This document shows positions 55,149 through 64,000 of a stretch of 64,000 bases of DNA, in pieces. The notes under the pieces are model-generated. The model was not told the origin of the DNA. It saw only the letters and a program-made list of their open reading frames with translations, and did no database searches. Every line of letters begins with the position of its first letter. Within the stretch, counting starts at the first letter, position 1. The translations under genes and the position numbers were made by a program. The DNA comes from Clostridia bacterium (GTDB lineage: Bacteria; Bacillota; Clostridia; Christensenellales; QALW01): the NCBI GenBank assembly GCA_045591115.1, contig JAZNSH010000065.1, forward strand, positions 12,322-76,321, read 5' to 3'.

Positions 55149-56444
55149 ATGAAATTTTCACAGATAAATGACGTTTTAAAATATAAATACGGTGACGGCA
55201 AAGATCCCAAAAAGGTTAAATTACATAAAAAAATAATTTGGATAACTGTTTCAATAGTGGCAGTATTGCTTATTGTGGCGATTGTTGCGGGTATAATGTA
55301 TTCAAAGGGTATGTTTGGCGATGAAGAAGAAAGTGTTGAAACACCGCCTACTCAGACAGAAAAGCCTCTTGAACCGTGGACGACTCCTGCGGTAAGCGAA
55401 AATATCGCAGTTGAGGTAGACCGTTCTGAAAGCGTAAGAGAAATGAAGGTAAACGAGGTTAGAATCAATCAGCCCAGTATTTATGGCCACGAAATGCTTT
55501 TCTCTGCAGGTGAGGGTGCTCTTGAAGGCTCTGTTCTTACTAACTTATATCTTTTTAACGCAATTGACGGCTCATATAAGCGCATCGCCAAAAGTAAAAT
55601 GAAGGGCGGAGAAATTTTTGAAACCTATCTTTCTGAAAATTGGGCAGTATGGGTTGATACTGATCACAAGGGAAAGAATGTTATCTATAAAATGAACCGC
55701 ATTGAAATTGACGGTATAAAAGCAAATACGGTTTCCGAGGTTCGTGAAACTGAAAACCATATGCCCCGAATGGGACTTTACGGTGACTATCTTGTGTGGA
55801 TGGAGCAGGTAAGTGACAGCGAAGATAAGCTGTATTTCATCGATCTTACTTCTGATGAAAATATTGCGATCAAGCTTTTTGAAAACACCAATTATGCAGT
55901 AAGCACGCCTTATATCTATAAAAACACCGTTATTTGGGCTGATAGCGACCCTGAAAGAGAAGGCGAAAACGTTAGTGCGATCTATAGCCTTGTTTTTGAA
56001 GATTTAGGCGAAAACGATACTCTTGATGAAGAAATCCCTGAAGAGGAAGAAGAGGAAGAGGAAGAAAATTCAGGTGAAATGGAGCCTCAGGTATTCCCCA
56101 CAAGCACCTACGTTCATAAGCCTATCTGCAATGATGACGTTTACGTTTGGATAAATAAAAATAATGCACCTGATTCAACGCTTTATTATGCTTATAAGAG
56201 CGGAGCTAAACCACCGGTAGCATTCTGGGATAACGTAACTCAGTATTCACTTGGTGAAAACTTTATCGTGTTTGTTTCCGATCACGTTGTGTACGCCTAT
56301 TACTATGAAACCGATAAGCTGATTCAGGTTTCAGAAACAGGTCGCAGTGCGATCCTTCCCCAAGCATTCGGAACACTTATTGTGTGGGAAGATAAGACCG
56401 TAACCAGCGGCAGTGACGTTTTTAAGTATAATATTATTGAATGA
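55149..56444 (+). CDS. Membrane-anchored hypothetical protein with six W-x-D/E repeat strands and a poly-Glu tract
   Basis: N-terminal TM (IIWITVSIVAVLLIVAIVAGIM). Recurring motifs are NWAVWVDTD, DYLVWMEQV, NTVIWADSD, DVYVWINKN, NFIVFVSDH and TLIVWEDKT, spaced about 40-50 aa apart. Confidence 0.7.
   Translation: MKFSQINDVLKYKYGDGKDPKKVKLHKKIIWITVSIVAVLLIVAIVAGIMYSKGMFGDEEESVETPPTQTEKPLEPWTTPAVSENIAVEVDRSESVREMKVNEVRINQPSIYGHEMLFSAGEGALEGSVLTNLYLFNAIDGSYKRIAKSKMKGGEIFETYLSENWAVWVDTDHKGKNVIYKMNRIEIDGIKANTVSEVRETENHMPRMGLYGDYLVWMEQVSDSEDKLYFIDLTSDENIAIKLFENTNYAVSTPYIYKNTVIWADSDPEREGENVSAIYSLVFEDLGENDTLDEEIPEEEEEEEEENSGEMEPQVFPTSTYVHKPICNDDVYVWINKNNAPDSTLYYAYKSGAKPPVAFWDNVTQYSLGENFIVFVSDHVVYAYYYETDKLIQVSETGRSAILPQAFGTLIVWEDKTVTSGSDVFKYNIIE
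56040..56068 (+). repeat. 29-nt all-purine (GAR)n tract encoding EEEEEEEEEN
   Basis: gaagaggaagaagaggaagaggaagaaaa inside the 55149-56444 CDS. Confidence 0.9.
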
Positions 56445-56445
56445 T

Positions 56446-57825
56446 ATGAAAGAAAAAACAATGTATGTATGCTCTTCCTGCGGCTATGAAACTGCAAAGT
56501 GGCTGGGGAAATGTCCCGGTTGTGATAATTGGGGCACGTTGGAAGAACAGATAATAAAAGCAGAACCTAAAAATAAAGCGATGCGTAAAGCCACAGAAGC
56601 ACCTCAAAGAGAGGTGCGAAAGCTGAAGAACGTTGAAACAGTAAGCTATCAACGTTTTTCTTCCGGCAGCGGTGAGCTTGATCGTGTGCTTGGCGGAGGC
56701 ATCGTTCCGGGAAGTATTATTCTTTGCGGCGGTGATCCGGGCATAGGAAAATCAACGTTACTTCTTCAGGTGTGCGATTTTGTTGCAAAGGATAAAAAGG
56801 TTTTGTACGTTTCTGCAGAGGAATCGGCACATCAAATAAAGCTTCGTGCCGATAGGCTTAACTGCGCTTCTGAGGATATTTATATTCTTGCTGAAACGGA
56901 TATTGATGAAATTTGTGCGCAGATTTCATCCCAAAAGCCTGAAATGGCTATTATAGACTCAATTCAAACGGTGTATGCACCTTATTTATCCTCAGCACCG
57001 GGCACGGTTTCTCAGGTAAGAGAGTGCGCCTCAAGATTGATGCGTATAGCAAAAGAGGAAGGAATTACGGTGTTTACGGTAGGCCACGTTACCAAAGAAG
57101 GTACCCTTGCAGGACCTAAGGTTCTTGAGCATATAGTTGATACGGTAATGTATTTTGAGGGAGAAAGAAATTCAACCTTCCGCGTGTTGAGAGCAAACAA
57201 AAATCGCTTTGGTTCAACCAACGAAATAGGCGTCTTTGAAATGAACGAAATGGGAATGGTTGACGTATTGAACCCCTCTGAGATATTTATGTCAGAGCGC
57301 AATGAGCCCGTTGCGGGCACTTCTGTTATGTGTTCTCTTGAGGGCACGCGCCCCGTTATGGTTGAAATTCAGGCATTAACGGGTAATTCAGGTTTTAATA
57401 ATCCACGCCGTGTAGGCAGCGGAATCGATTACAGCCGTATGGTAACATTGCTTGCCGTTCTTGAAAAAAGATTAGGATATACTCTTTATAATCAGGATGT
57501 TTATGTTAACATTGCCGGCGGATTGAGGATAGATGAGCCTGCTCTTGATCTTCCGCTGATTGCGGCAATAGCTTCGGCATATAAAAATCTGCCCCTGCCC
57601 GGTGACACGGTTATTTTGGGCGAGGTGGGGCTTACAGGGGAGCTTCGTGCAATAAACGGAGCAAAGCAACGTATTGATGAATGTATTAAATTAGGCTTTA
57701 AAAAAGTAATTCTTCCAAAGGGGAATAAAAGGAGTTTCAGCGGCAACGAAAACATAAAGCTGTTGTTTGCAGATAACGTGTTTACCGCATTATCGCTCGC
57801 CGCAGTAAAAGATAAAAATGATTAA
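56446..57825 (+). CDS. radA: DNA repair protein RadA/Sms
   Basis: N-terminal zinc finger YVCSSCGYETAKWLGKCPGC, Walker A GGDPGIGKST, the KNRFG motif and a Lon-like C-terminus. Confidence 0.93.
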   Translation: MKEKTMYVCSSCGYETAKWLGKCPGCDNWGTLEEQIIKAEPKNKAMRKATEAPQREVRKLKNVETVSYQRFSSGSGELDRVLGGGIVPGSIILCGGDPGIGKSTLLLQVCDFVAKDKKVLYVSAEESAHQIKLRADRLNCASEDIYILAETDIDEICAQISSQKPEMAIIDSIQTVYAPYLSSAPGTVSQVRECASRLMRIAKEEGITVFTVGHVTKEGTLAGPKVLEHIVDTVMYFEGERNSTFRVLRANKNRFGSTNEIGVFEMNEMGMVDVLNPSEIFMSERNEPVAGTSVMCSLEGTRPVMVEIQALTGNSGFNNPRRVGSGIDYSRMVTLLAVLEKRLGYTLYNQDVYVNIAGGLRIDEPALDLPLIAAIASAYKNLPLPGDTVILGEVGLTGELRAINGAKQRIDECIKLGFKKVILPKGNKRSFSGNENIKLLFADNVFTALSLAAVKDKND

Positions 57826-58867
57826 GCGAATAGTTCAGTTGTTATTTGCACCTATAGGCGGTGCTATCGGTTATTGGATATGGGTACTTATTGAATCCAT
57901 CTTTATAAATTTTAATATTGAGCTTTGGGGATGGGCGGCTATTCTTTGTGAAATAGCGTGCATCTCCGTGCTTTCGGTAACGGGTTATTTTGTGGGCAAG
58001 CCTATTTCAAAATGGATTGCATATATCATTGCAAAATATACGAAAAAGGCAAAGGACGTATCAGTTTCAGAGCTTATCGCCATAACTATCGGTCTGTTTG
58101 TTGGTTTCTTGTTTGCATTTCTTATTTGCCAAGTTTTTGTGAAGATAAGTAATGAAATACTTGTCACATGCATAAATGCACTATTGTACATATGTCTTGG
58201 CTTCTTTGGGGCGAGGGTTGCATTTCTCCGTCACGATGAGATAGGCTTTTCTTCTGAGAATAAAAAAGGCAAAAAAGAGACTTTGCAGGGCACGATCCTT
58301 GATTCCAGCATTCTTATTGACGGAAGAGCTTATGATATCTATATGACGGGCTTTCTTAAAGAACCCATATATATACCGCAGTTTATCCTTGAAGAACTTA
58401 CTTCTCTTGCGGATTCTGAGGATAATAAAAAACGTACCCGCGGAAGAATAGGCTTAAATTGCGTAAAGAAAATAAAAGAAGATAAAAATGTGATCATTCT
58501 TAAAAATGAAGTTCAGGGTGAGAGTATAGATGAAAAGATAATTGCTCTTGCAAAGGAAATAGGCGCAAGTATAATGACAAATGACTATTCCCTTAATATG
58601 GTTGCATCGGTGCAGGGAGTAAAGATTCTTAACGTAAACGAGCTTGTCAATGCATTAAAGCCCACTCTTATTGCAGGCGATGAGATAGAAATTGAAATCT
58701 CAAAGCGCGGCAAGGAAGAAAAACAAGGCGTAGGCTATCTTGAGGATGGCACTATGATCGTTGTTGAAAACGGTGCAGAATTTTTGGATAATATGGTAAC
58801 TGTTCAGGTAACGAGCACCTTGCAAACAAATGCAGGCAAGATAATATTTGCAAAGGTAAAACAGTAA
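57818..58867 (+). CDS. PIN/TRAM domain membrane protein (YacL-like)
   Basis: Four N-terminal helices, a PIN region (ILDSSILIDGR) and a C-terminal TRAM-like beta region. An 8-nt overlap with radA. Confidence 0.8.
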   Translation: MIKRIVQLLFAPIGGAIGYWIWVLIESIFINFNIELWGWAAILCEIACISVLSVTGYFVGKPISKWIAYIIAKYTKKAKDVSVSELIAITIGLFVGFLFAFLICQVFVKISNEILVTCINALLYICLGFFGARVAFLRHDEIGFSSENKKGKKETLQGTILDSSILIDGRAYDIYMTGFLKEPIYIPQFILEELTSLADSEDNKKRTRGRIGLNCVKKIKEDKNVIILKNEVQGESIDEKIIALAKEIGASIMTNDYSLNMVASVQGVKILNVNELVNALKPTLIAGDEIEIEISKRGKEEKQGVGYLEDGTMIVVENGAEFLDNMVTVQVTSTLQTNAGKIIFAKVKQ

Positions 58868-58896
58868 AAAATAGGGTTTTGGCGGTTGGAAAGCAA

Positions 58897-58930
58897 AAAA
58901 AGGCGAAAATTTTCGCCTTTTTTTATTTTT
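58897..58930 (+). terminator. Rho-independent terminator
   Basis: Stem aaaaggcgaaa/tttcgcctttt, then a T-run. Confidence 0.8.
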
Positions 58931-58933
58931 TCT

Positions 58934-58962
58934 TTGTATTTATTAAAGATGTGTGGTATAAT
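58934..58962 (+). promoter_or_regulatory. Sigma-A-like promoter
   Basis: TTGTAT, a 17-nt spacer ending in TGTGG, then TATAAT (extended -10). Confidence 0.55.
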
Positions 58963-59002
58963 CTATAATATAATGGTATTGTGCCACATTGCGAGGTTTT
59001 AT

Positions 59003-60088
59003 ATGAAGGTCGTAAAAGCAAGAAAAAGATTTGATATAGTAAATTACATACCTGCCATATTGGTTTTTCTGGCGGTCATTCTTGTAATAGTACTTTTATG
59101 TGTATTTCTTTCGGGAAAGACCAAAAGTGTTGATAAGGATGAGCTTGAGCTTCTGCCCTTTAAAAGCAACAGTAATTATGTTTCTTTTGCAGGCGGAGCA
59201 TCTTATATAGATAACGAAAAAAATCAGATTTTTTATGTTGACGACCGTAATGAAATTATGTGGGGCTTTGAAGGCACCATACCGGAGATGAAAATATATT
59301 CAGGTGAAAATAAGGTAGGTGTGGCAGTAGGCAAAAAGCTTCAGGTAATTGATAAGGACGGAAACTTTGTTTTCAGCAAAGAATTCGATAAAAATATTTC
59401 GGCAGTGACCTTAAGCGATAAGCTTATTGCGGTAAGCTTAAGTAATTCGGATGATACGATTATTCTCAACGGCACCGGCGAAGAAATTGACCGCATCTTT
59501 TCTGCAGTTAACGGCACAAATATCCGCTTTGGTGTATATGCGCAGAACAGTGTGTGGGTTATCTCCGTTGAAAACTCCGGATACAGACCTAAATATCAGC
59601 TTTCAACCTATAAATATGACACCGAGAAAACACAGACGGTTACCTTTACTGATGATAGCCAAATGATGTATGATGCGTATTTTGATGATAAAATATGTTA
59701 TATTTTCGGCACAGAAAGAATAATGGTTCGTGATTGTGATTATACCGGCTCAGTTCACAAAGATTATAACGTTAATGGCTATGATGTTGTTGCCTGCGGA
59801 AAAATTGACGGTACAGTGCATATTCTTTTAAATAACAACGGCAATGTAAAAGCCATTGGCGAAAATGGGGTTTCCGATATAAAATGTGAGGAAAAACTTA
59901 ATTTTGTTGCAATGAGTGAAGAAAATTATTACGGCTTCAGCGAGTATTTTATGTATAAGATCGATCCCTCTGACGGTGAAACTACGAAGTACAGATTTCC
60001 CGTTAAAATAGATAAGGTCGTTCAAGGGGACGGCTATGTGATGATCCAATCAGATGAAGACGTTTTCAGATATGAATTTGATGATTAA
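59003..60088 (+). CDS. Membrane-anchored hypothetical protein (beta-rich extracytoplasmic domain)
   Basis: ATG 59003 lies downstream of the terminator and promoter. The N-terminal TM is IPAILVFLAVILVIVLLCVFL. The longer ORF start at 58886 runs through the terminator. Confidence 0.7.
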   Translation: MKVVKARKRFDIVNYIPAILVFLAVILVIVLLCVFLSGKTKSVDKDELELLPFKSNSNYVSFAGGASYIDNEKNQIFYVDDRNEIMWGFEGTIPEMKIYSGENKVGVAVGKKLQVIDKDGNFVFSKEFDKNISAVTLSDKLIAVSLSNSDDTIILNGTGEEIDRIFSAVNGTNIRFGVYAQNSVWVISVENSGYRPKYQLSTYKYDTEKTQTVTFTDDSQMMYDAYFDDKICYIFGTERIMVRDCDYTGSVHKDYNVNGYDVVACGKIDGTVHILLNNNGNVKAIGENGVSDIKCEEKLNFVAMSEENYYGFSEYFMYKIDPSDGETTKYRFPVKIDKVVQGDGYVMIQSDEDVFRYEFDD

Positions 60089-60100
60089 AGGAGGAGTTTT

Positions 60101-60805
60101 GTGAATATTGTAGATCTTGGTATCTTGCTTATATTTGCAGTTGGTTTTATTCTCGGCTGGTATAAAGGCTTTCTCGTCAGTGCGTTAAACCTTTTTTCCT
60201 ATGTGATTGCCTGGTGTGTTGCATTGCTTACCTATTCGGGATTAAGCTCATTTATCCAGCAGACGGAGCTTGGAAGTACACTGCTTGTGTTTACTGCAGG
60301 TGCAGAGAAGTTAAGCGATATGTCCGTTGCCAACGTTGATGTTGCAGAGATAGGAATGGAAAGAGTTGAACAGATCCTTTCAACCTCAGGGCTTCCTGAG
60401 CCTGTGGAAGGTATGATGGTTGAAAATATCAGCAATAATGCCTTTGAGCATCTTGGAATTACCACGTTAAGCGATTATTTCAACCAAACGCTTATCAATT
60501 TAAGTATCAGTCTTATAAGCTTTCTCATAATTTTCTTTGCGGTAAGGCTTATTTGTCAGTTTATTATAGGCTTTGTTGATTACGTTGCAAAGCTTCCCAT
60601 TTTAAGGCATCTTGATAAGGTGCTTGGCGGTGTGTTCGGAATCGTTCAGTCAGCAGTTATCATTTGGGTTGTTTTTGCAATAATCCCAATCTTTATGTCA
60701 GTACTTCCGTTGGAAAATATCAATGAGCTTATTCAGGATTCATTTTTCGGGAAAATGTTCTTTAACAGCAATGTAATTTTTAATGTACTGGAATCAGTAT
60801 TTTAA
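60101..60805 (+). CDS. cvpA: CvpA-family membrane protein
   Basis: MNIVDLGILLIFAVGFILGWYKGFLVSALNL is a typical CvpA N-terminus. GTG follows AAAGGAGGAG. Confidence 0.8.
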   Translation: MNIVDLGILLIFAVGFILGWYKGFLVSALNLFSYVIAWCVALLTYSGLSSFIQQTELGSTLLVFTAGAEKLSDMSVANVDVAEIGMERVEQILSTSGLPEPVEGMMVENISNNAFEHLGITTLSDYFNQTLINLSISLISFLIIFFAVRLICQFIIGFVDYVAKLPILRHLDKVLGGVFGIVQSAVIIWVVFAIIPIFMSVLPLENINELIQDSFFGKMFFNSNVIFNVLESVF

Positions 60806-60818
60806 AGGAGCATAGTGT

Positions 60819-62630
60819 ATGAAGAAGGCTACAAAAAAAATCAGAATATGTATAACGGCGCTTGTGCTTGTCGTAGCAATAGTTGCAGGAATCTTTGTTT
60901 TTAAAAGCTGCGGTGCAAACGGTGAAGAAACACCTCCGCCTTATAACCCTGCGGGCTATAATAATACGGCACACACAGCGACCGGGGGCAGTGAGCAAAA
61001 GGATGCAAATATAAATAACATTGCTTTTGAAAATAAGGATAATGCAGTGAGCATCAATTTCAAATTCGTGTCAGGCAGTGTTATTGATGAAGGTATTGCA
61101 CCCTGCGGTATTCCTCAATATACGGTTTCGTTTGTTCCTGAGCCTTTACGCCTTAAAGTTATCTTTTCGAACATCGAATATTGGGATTATATGGTTTCCG
61201 GCTTAGCCGAGGATACAACGGGAATTATTGACGGTATGTTCCAGGTTAGTCCTGATGAAAACAGTAAGGATGTAACGTTATATTTCAGCCTTACACAAAG
61301 CGTGCAGTTTAAAATCACAGAAAATGAAGATACTCTCACCGTTTCACTTCTTCCTGAAGAAAAGGTAAACGAGGTTGAAAAATGGTATTTGGTATCTGAC
61401 CTTTATTATGATTATCAGCTGGGCAATATGCCTGAATGCGGTTTCACACCTATGCTTTGCAATGATAAGATCAGCGTTATTATGATAAGCCAAGCATATA
61501 ACACTCAGGAGGAAGCAAACAATGAACTGACGCGTTTACTCACTTCAACACTTGAAGGTAAAAACGTGCGTATAATTTCATTAAAAGAAAGCGAGCTTCC
61601 TAAATATACCGATGATGCTGATGCTCAGGCATTATTAAGCGAGTCTGTTTTAAGTATCAATGGTGCAAAAACAACCTTGCCGTTATTTTTTGCAGATGCC
61701 CGCTTCCTTTGTTGGTTGCCTGATGGCAGCGGTGCATTGTTCGCCAAAAATGAAAACGGAATGGAAAGGCTTTACGTTGCAGATAAATCGGGAACAAAAT
61801 ATCAGTTATCGGATAAAGATTTTTCAACCGTAACACAAGCTGTATATTCTTCAGACGGAAGCCGAATTGCCTTTATTGAGCAGGCAGAGGATGCATCTCT
61901 TGTTACTGTGCTTGACGTTGCAAGCGGAAAGATTACTGTAATAAACGATGAGAAAAATCCTTGGGGTGAAATAATATTGGACGTTCAGCTTAACGGAAAC
62001 GGCACAAAGCTTTTCTGTTTAAGCGGTAAAAGCATTTATTCCATTAAAACCTACGATTTTGCAAGCGGTGAGGTTACAACATTAAAGGATAATATCCTCC
62101 TTGAAAGCGATTTAGTATATAATTCAGGATATCTTTATTATTGCGATGTTGTAAACGAATATGAGGCCGTTGTGCGTATAAACTCAAATGGCGGTGACGC
62201 TGAACTAATACATAAAGGTGCGCAATTCTCTGTTTCACCGGATGGAAAGCGTCTTGCAGTTATTTCCGAAAACTACATAACTGCCGTTTGCGATCTTTTA
62301 CTGGTAAATATTGAAGATAAGAGTTCGCAAATAGTATTGGATGATATCGTAACAAGCGAGTTTTTCTTCTCATCTGATAGTGAAAGCATCTTCTACGTGC
62401 TTGAAACAGGTGATCCGGAATACTATTATCAGATCATTCGATATGATATTTCAACAATGTCAACTTATACCTTGGCGCAATGCATAAATAGTGTAGTAAG
62501 CGCATCAAACAAGCCCAACGAAGTGATAATCAGCGTTATTAACGAAAGTGAAAACGGAGTAACACCCGTTACCTATATTGCTGATTTCGATAAAATGGTC
62601 GTAGGCGAAACTGAAGAACCTCAGGAGTAA
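60819..62630 (+). CDS. Secreted or lipid-anchored hypothetical protein with TolB/PD40-like repeats
   Basis: Signal-anchor MKKATKKIRICITALVLVVAIVAGIFVFKSCG. Repeats include SSDGSRIAFIEQ and SPDGKRLAVISE. Confidence 0.7.
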   Translation: MKKATKKIRICITALVLVVAIVAGIFVFKSCGANGEETPPPYNPAGYNNTAHTATGGSEQKDANINNIAFENKDNAVSINFKFVSGSVIDEGIAPCGIPQYTVSFVPEPLRLKVIFSNIEYWDYMVSGLAEDTTGIIDGMFQVSPDENSKDVTLYFSLTQSVQFKITENEDTLTVSLLPEEKVNEVEKWYLVSDLYYDYQLGNMPECGFTPMLCNDKISVIMISQAYNTQEEANNELTRLLTSTLEGKNVRIISLKESELPKYTDDADAQALLSESVLSINGAKTTLPLFFADARFLCWLPDGSGALFAKNENGMERLYVADKSGTKYQLSDKDFSTVTQAVYSSDGSRIAFIEQAEDASLVTVLDVASGKITVINDEKNPWGEIILDVQLNGNGTKLFCLSGKSIYSIKTYDFASGEVTTLKDNILLESDLVYNSGYLYYCDVVNEYEAVVRINSNGGDAELIHKGAQFSVSPDGKRLAVISENYITAVCDLLLVNIEDKSSQIVLDDIVTSEFFFSSDSESIFYVLETGDPEYYYQIIRYDISTMSTYTLAQCINSVVSASNKPNEVIISVINESENGVTPVTYIADFDKMVVGETEEPQE

Positions 62631-62632
62631 TT

Positions 62633-63724
62633 ATGGAGTTTAATAAAAAATTCGGCTTTGGTGCAATGCGCCTGCCAATGAATGGCGATGAGGTTGATCT
62701 TAAACACTTTTCGCAGATGGTTGATGTTTTTATGGAGAACGGTTTTAATTATTTCGATACCGCCCATATGTACATAAAAGGGAAAAGTGAAAAGGCTTTA
62801 AAGGAATGTCTTACAAAGCGATATCCCCGTGAAAGCTATATTCTCACCGAAAAAATATCAGGTCCTTTTTTTGAAAAGGAGGAGGATATTGACGGTTATT
62901 TCCAACTTATGCTTGATGAATGTGGTGTTGAGTATTTTGATTTTCTGCTTCTTCACGCTCAGAGCCGCGGAAACTATGAAAAGTATAAAAGATGCAGAGC
63001 CTATGAAAAGGCAATGCAGTATAAAAAAGAGGGAAAGGTACGCCATATAGGCATATCTTTCCACGATTCACCGCAGTTCCTCGATAAAATTTTAACTGAA
63101 AATCCTTGTATTGAGATCGTTCAGCTTCAGTTTAATTATCTTGATGCTGATAACCCCTCAGTTGAAAGTATGGGATGCTATGAGGTGGCAAGAAAGCATA
63201 ATAAACCTATTATTGTTATGGAACCCGTTAAGGGTGGCACCCTTGCAAATATCCCTCCAAAGGCGCAGGAAGTTTTCAAGAAGCTTGGCAATATGTCACC
63301 TGCAAGCTATGCATTGCGCTATGCCGCAGGCTTTGATGGAATAGTTATGGTGCTTTCAGGTATGAGCAACACTGAACAGGTTCTTGATAACGTAAGCTTT
63401 ATGAAGGATTTTAAGCCTTTAAATGAGAAAGAGCTTGAAGCAGTTAAACAAGTTAAGGATATTATCAATAATGAGGCAACTATCGGCTGTACTGCTTGTC
63501 GCTATTGTGTTGACGGATGTCCAAAAAAGATTCTTATACCTGATATTTTTGAAGCCTACAATATTACAAAAAAGGGCGGAAACGGAAAAGAAAAGTATTT
63601 TGAGGCAATAAAGGATCACGGCAGAGCAGAGGATTGTATCCTTTGCGGTAAATGCGAAAATGCTTGTCCGCAGTTTATTGATATCCGAAAATTCCTTAAA
63701 AATTCATATGACCTTTTTAAATAA
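62633..63724 (+). CDS. Aldo/keto reductase fused to a C-terminal 2x[4Fe-4S] ferredoxin-like segment
   Basis: FGFGAMRLP is an AKR N-terminus. The two Cys clusters are CTACRYCVDGCP and CILCGKCENACP. Confidence 0.85.
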   Translation: MEFNKKFGFGAMRLPMNGDEVDLKHFSQMVDVFMENGFNYFDTAHMYIKGKSEKALKECLTKRYPRESYILTEKISGPFFEKEEDIDGYFQLMLDECGVEYFDFLLLHAQSRGNYEKYKRCRAYEKAMQYKKEGKVRHIGISFHDSPQFLDKILTENPCIEIVQLQFNYLDADNPSVESMGCYEVARKHNKPIIVMEPVKGGTLANIPPKAQEVFKKLGNMSPASYALRYAAGFDGIVMVLSGMSNTEQVLDNVSFMKDFKPLNEKELEAVKQVKDIINNEATIGCTACRYCVDGCPKKILIPDIFEAYNITKKGGNGKEKYFEAIKDHGRAEDCILCGKCENACPQFIDIRKFLKNSYDLFK

Positions 63725-63756
63725 AAAAATTGCACCTTAATAGGTGCAATTTTTTA
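63724..63756. terminator. Bidirectional terminator
   Basis: A 9-bp stem (attgcacct/aggtgcaat) with loop taat, flanked by A7 and T5 runs. Confidence 0.8.
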
Positions 63757-63780
63757 TCAGCAAACATACTGCAAAAATAA

Positions 63781-64000
63781 TTAAGTTGTGCATTTTTTTA
63801 CATCTTCAACTATTGCATCAACGCAGGAATCAGTAACTATGATTCCGCTTTCATTGAACTTTTGGTGTGATGGCAGAGCTTCGTTTTTTATAAAGCGATT
63901 GTTTCTGAAAACAAGATTTTTTGTAAATTTAGCAATCAGGAAACGTTCCTCGTGCATTTCGAATTCATTATCTTCAATAATAATGTTTCTGTGATAGGGT
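63781..64000 (-). CDS. 3' end of a minus-strand gene that starts beyond the window (product unknown)
   Basis: The minus-strand frame is open for 72 codons from the window edge (PYHRNIIIEDNEFEMHEERFLIAKF...VEDVKKCTT) to TAA at 63783-63781. It converges on the bidirectional terminator. Confidence 0.5.
   Translation of the reverse strand, partial: PYHRNIIIEDNEFEMHEERFLIAKFTKNLVFRNNRFIKNEALPSHQKFNESGIIVTDSCVDAIVEDVKKCTT

Noticed and set aside
58886-59002. An N-terminal extension (TTG start) of the 59003 gene. Similar long starts occur at 43531, 45163, 46182, 40463, 52313 and 56413.
   Set aside because: The extensions run through terminators or promoters or overlap the preceding gene, and they lack an RBS. 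Internal ATG/GTG starts with AAGGAG-type sites fit better.
63788-63994. A 68-aa plus-strand ORF at the window end.
   Set aside because: It has no RBS and an odd composition. The opposite strand is open for 72 codons to the window edge and ends neatly before the bidirectional terminator, so I called the minus-strand gene instead.
1-64000. CRISPR arrays, IS elements, integrases, prophage genes and rRNA.
   Set aside because: I saw no spaced direct-repeat arrays, no transposase, integrase or recombinase-like ORFs, and no rRNA-like sequence on either strand. The only repeat families are the duplicated terminator, the operator repeats and the paralogous genes listed above.

Overview
The window looks like a low-GC Firmicutes (Clostridia-like) chromosomal segment. 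That placement rests on the class 3 FBPase, the secD/secF-like, recJ, rel, dtd, hisS, aspS gene order, the radA/PIN-TRAM/cvpA block, AAGGAG-type ribosome-binding sites and TTGACA/TATAAT promoters. Products were called by motif and architecture recognition only, with no database search. Start codons were chosen from RBS spacing.

Layout:
1. A 5'-truncated fbp, a small acidic ORF and a CE4 deacetylase (1-3.0 kb).
2. A Wzx/Wzy-type polysaccharide locus of about 19.5 kb (3.1-22.6 kb). It holds 17 tightly packed genes plus ugd, has an AT-rich core, and carries two TupA-like ATP-grasp genes, a pyruvyl transferase, a nitroreductase, a GHMP-kinase/nucleotidyltransferase pair and uronic-acid supply genes.
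3. tRNA-Val and tRNA-Asp, then a TauE-family gene.
4. A housekeeping block: a divergent SecD/SecF-like pair, recJ, rel, dtd, an MBL hydrolase, a hemZ-like gene, hisS and aspS.
5. An AT-rich two-gene cassette of about 1.4 kb (XRE regulator plus a zinc-ribbon / Cys-rich C-terminal protein) between aspS and purC, bracketed by two near-duplicate terminators.
6. purC, trxA, a 12-TM DMT transporter and a phosphohexomutase.
7. An AraC-controlled operon of seven soluble enzymes: five NAD(P) oxidoreductases, a type I dehydroquinase-like protein and an MBL hydrolase.
8. A minus-strand unit: CDF transporter, a 23-codon leader ORF with a terminator hairpin, a CNNM/CorC transporter and a GH78-like hydrolase.
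9. An S4 protein, fused ispDF, radA, a PIN/TRAM protein and cvpA, interleaved with three membrane-anchored repeat proteins, then an AKR-ferredoxin fusion.

I recognised no rRNA, CRISPR array, transposase or integrase. The candidates I rate highest for a second look are the amide-decoration logic of the polysaccharide locus, the XRE/zinc-ribbon cassette, the AraC oxidoreductase operon, the leader-peptide attenuator and the SecDF-like pair that appears to lack its proton-relay residues.
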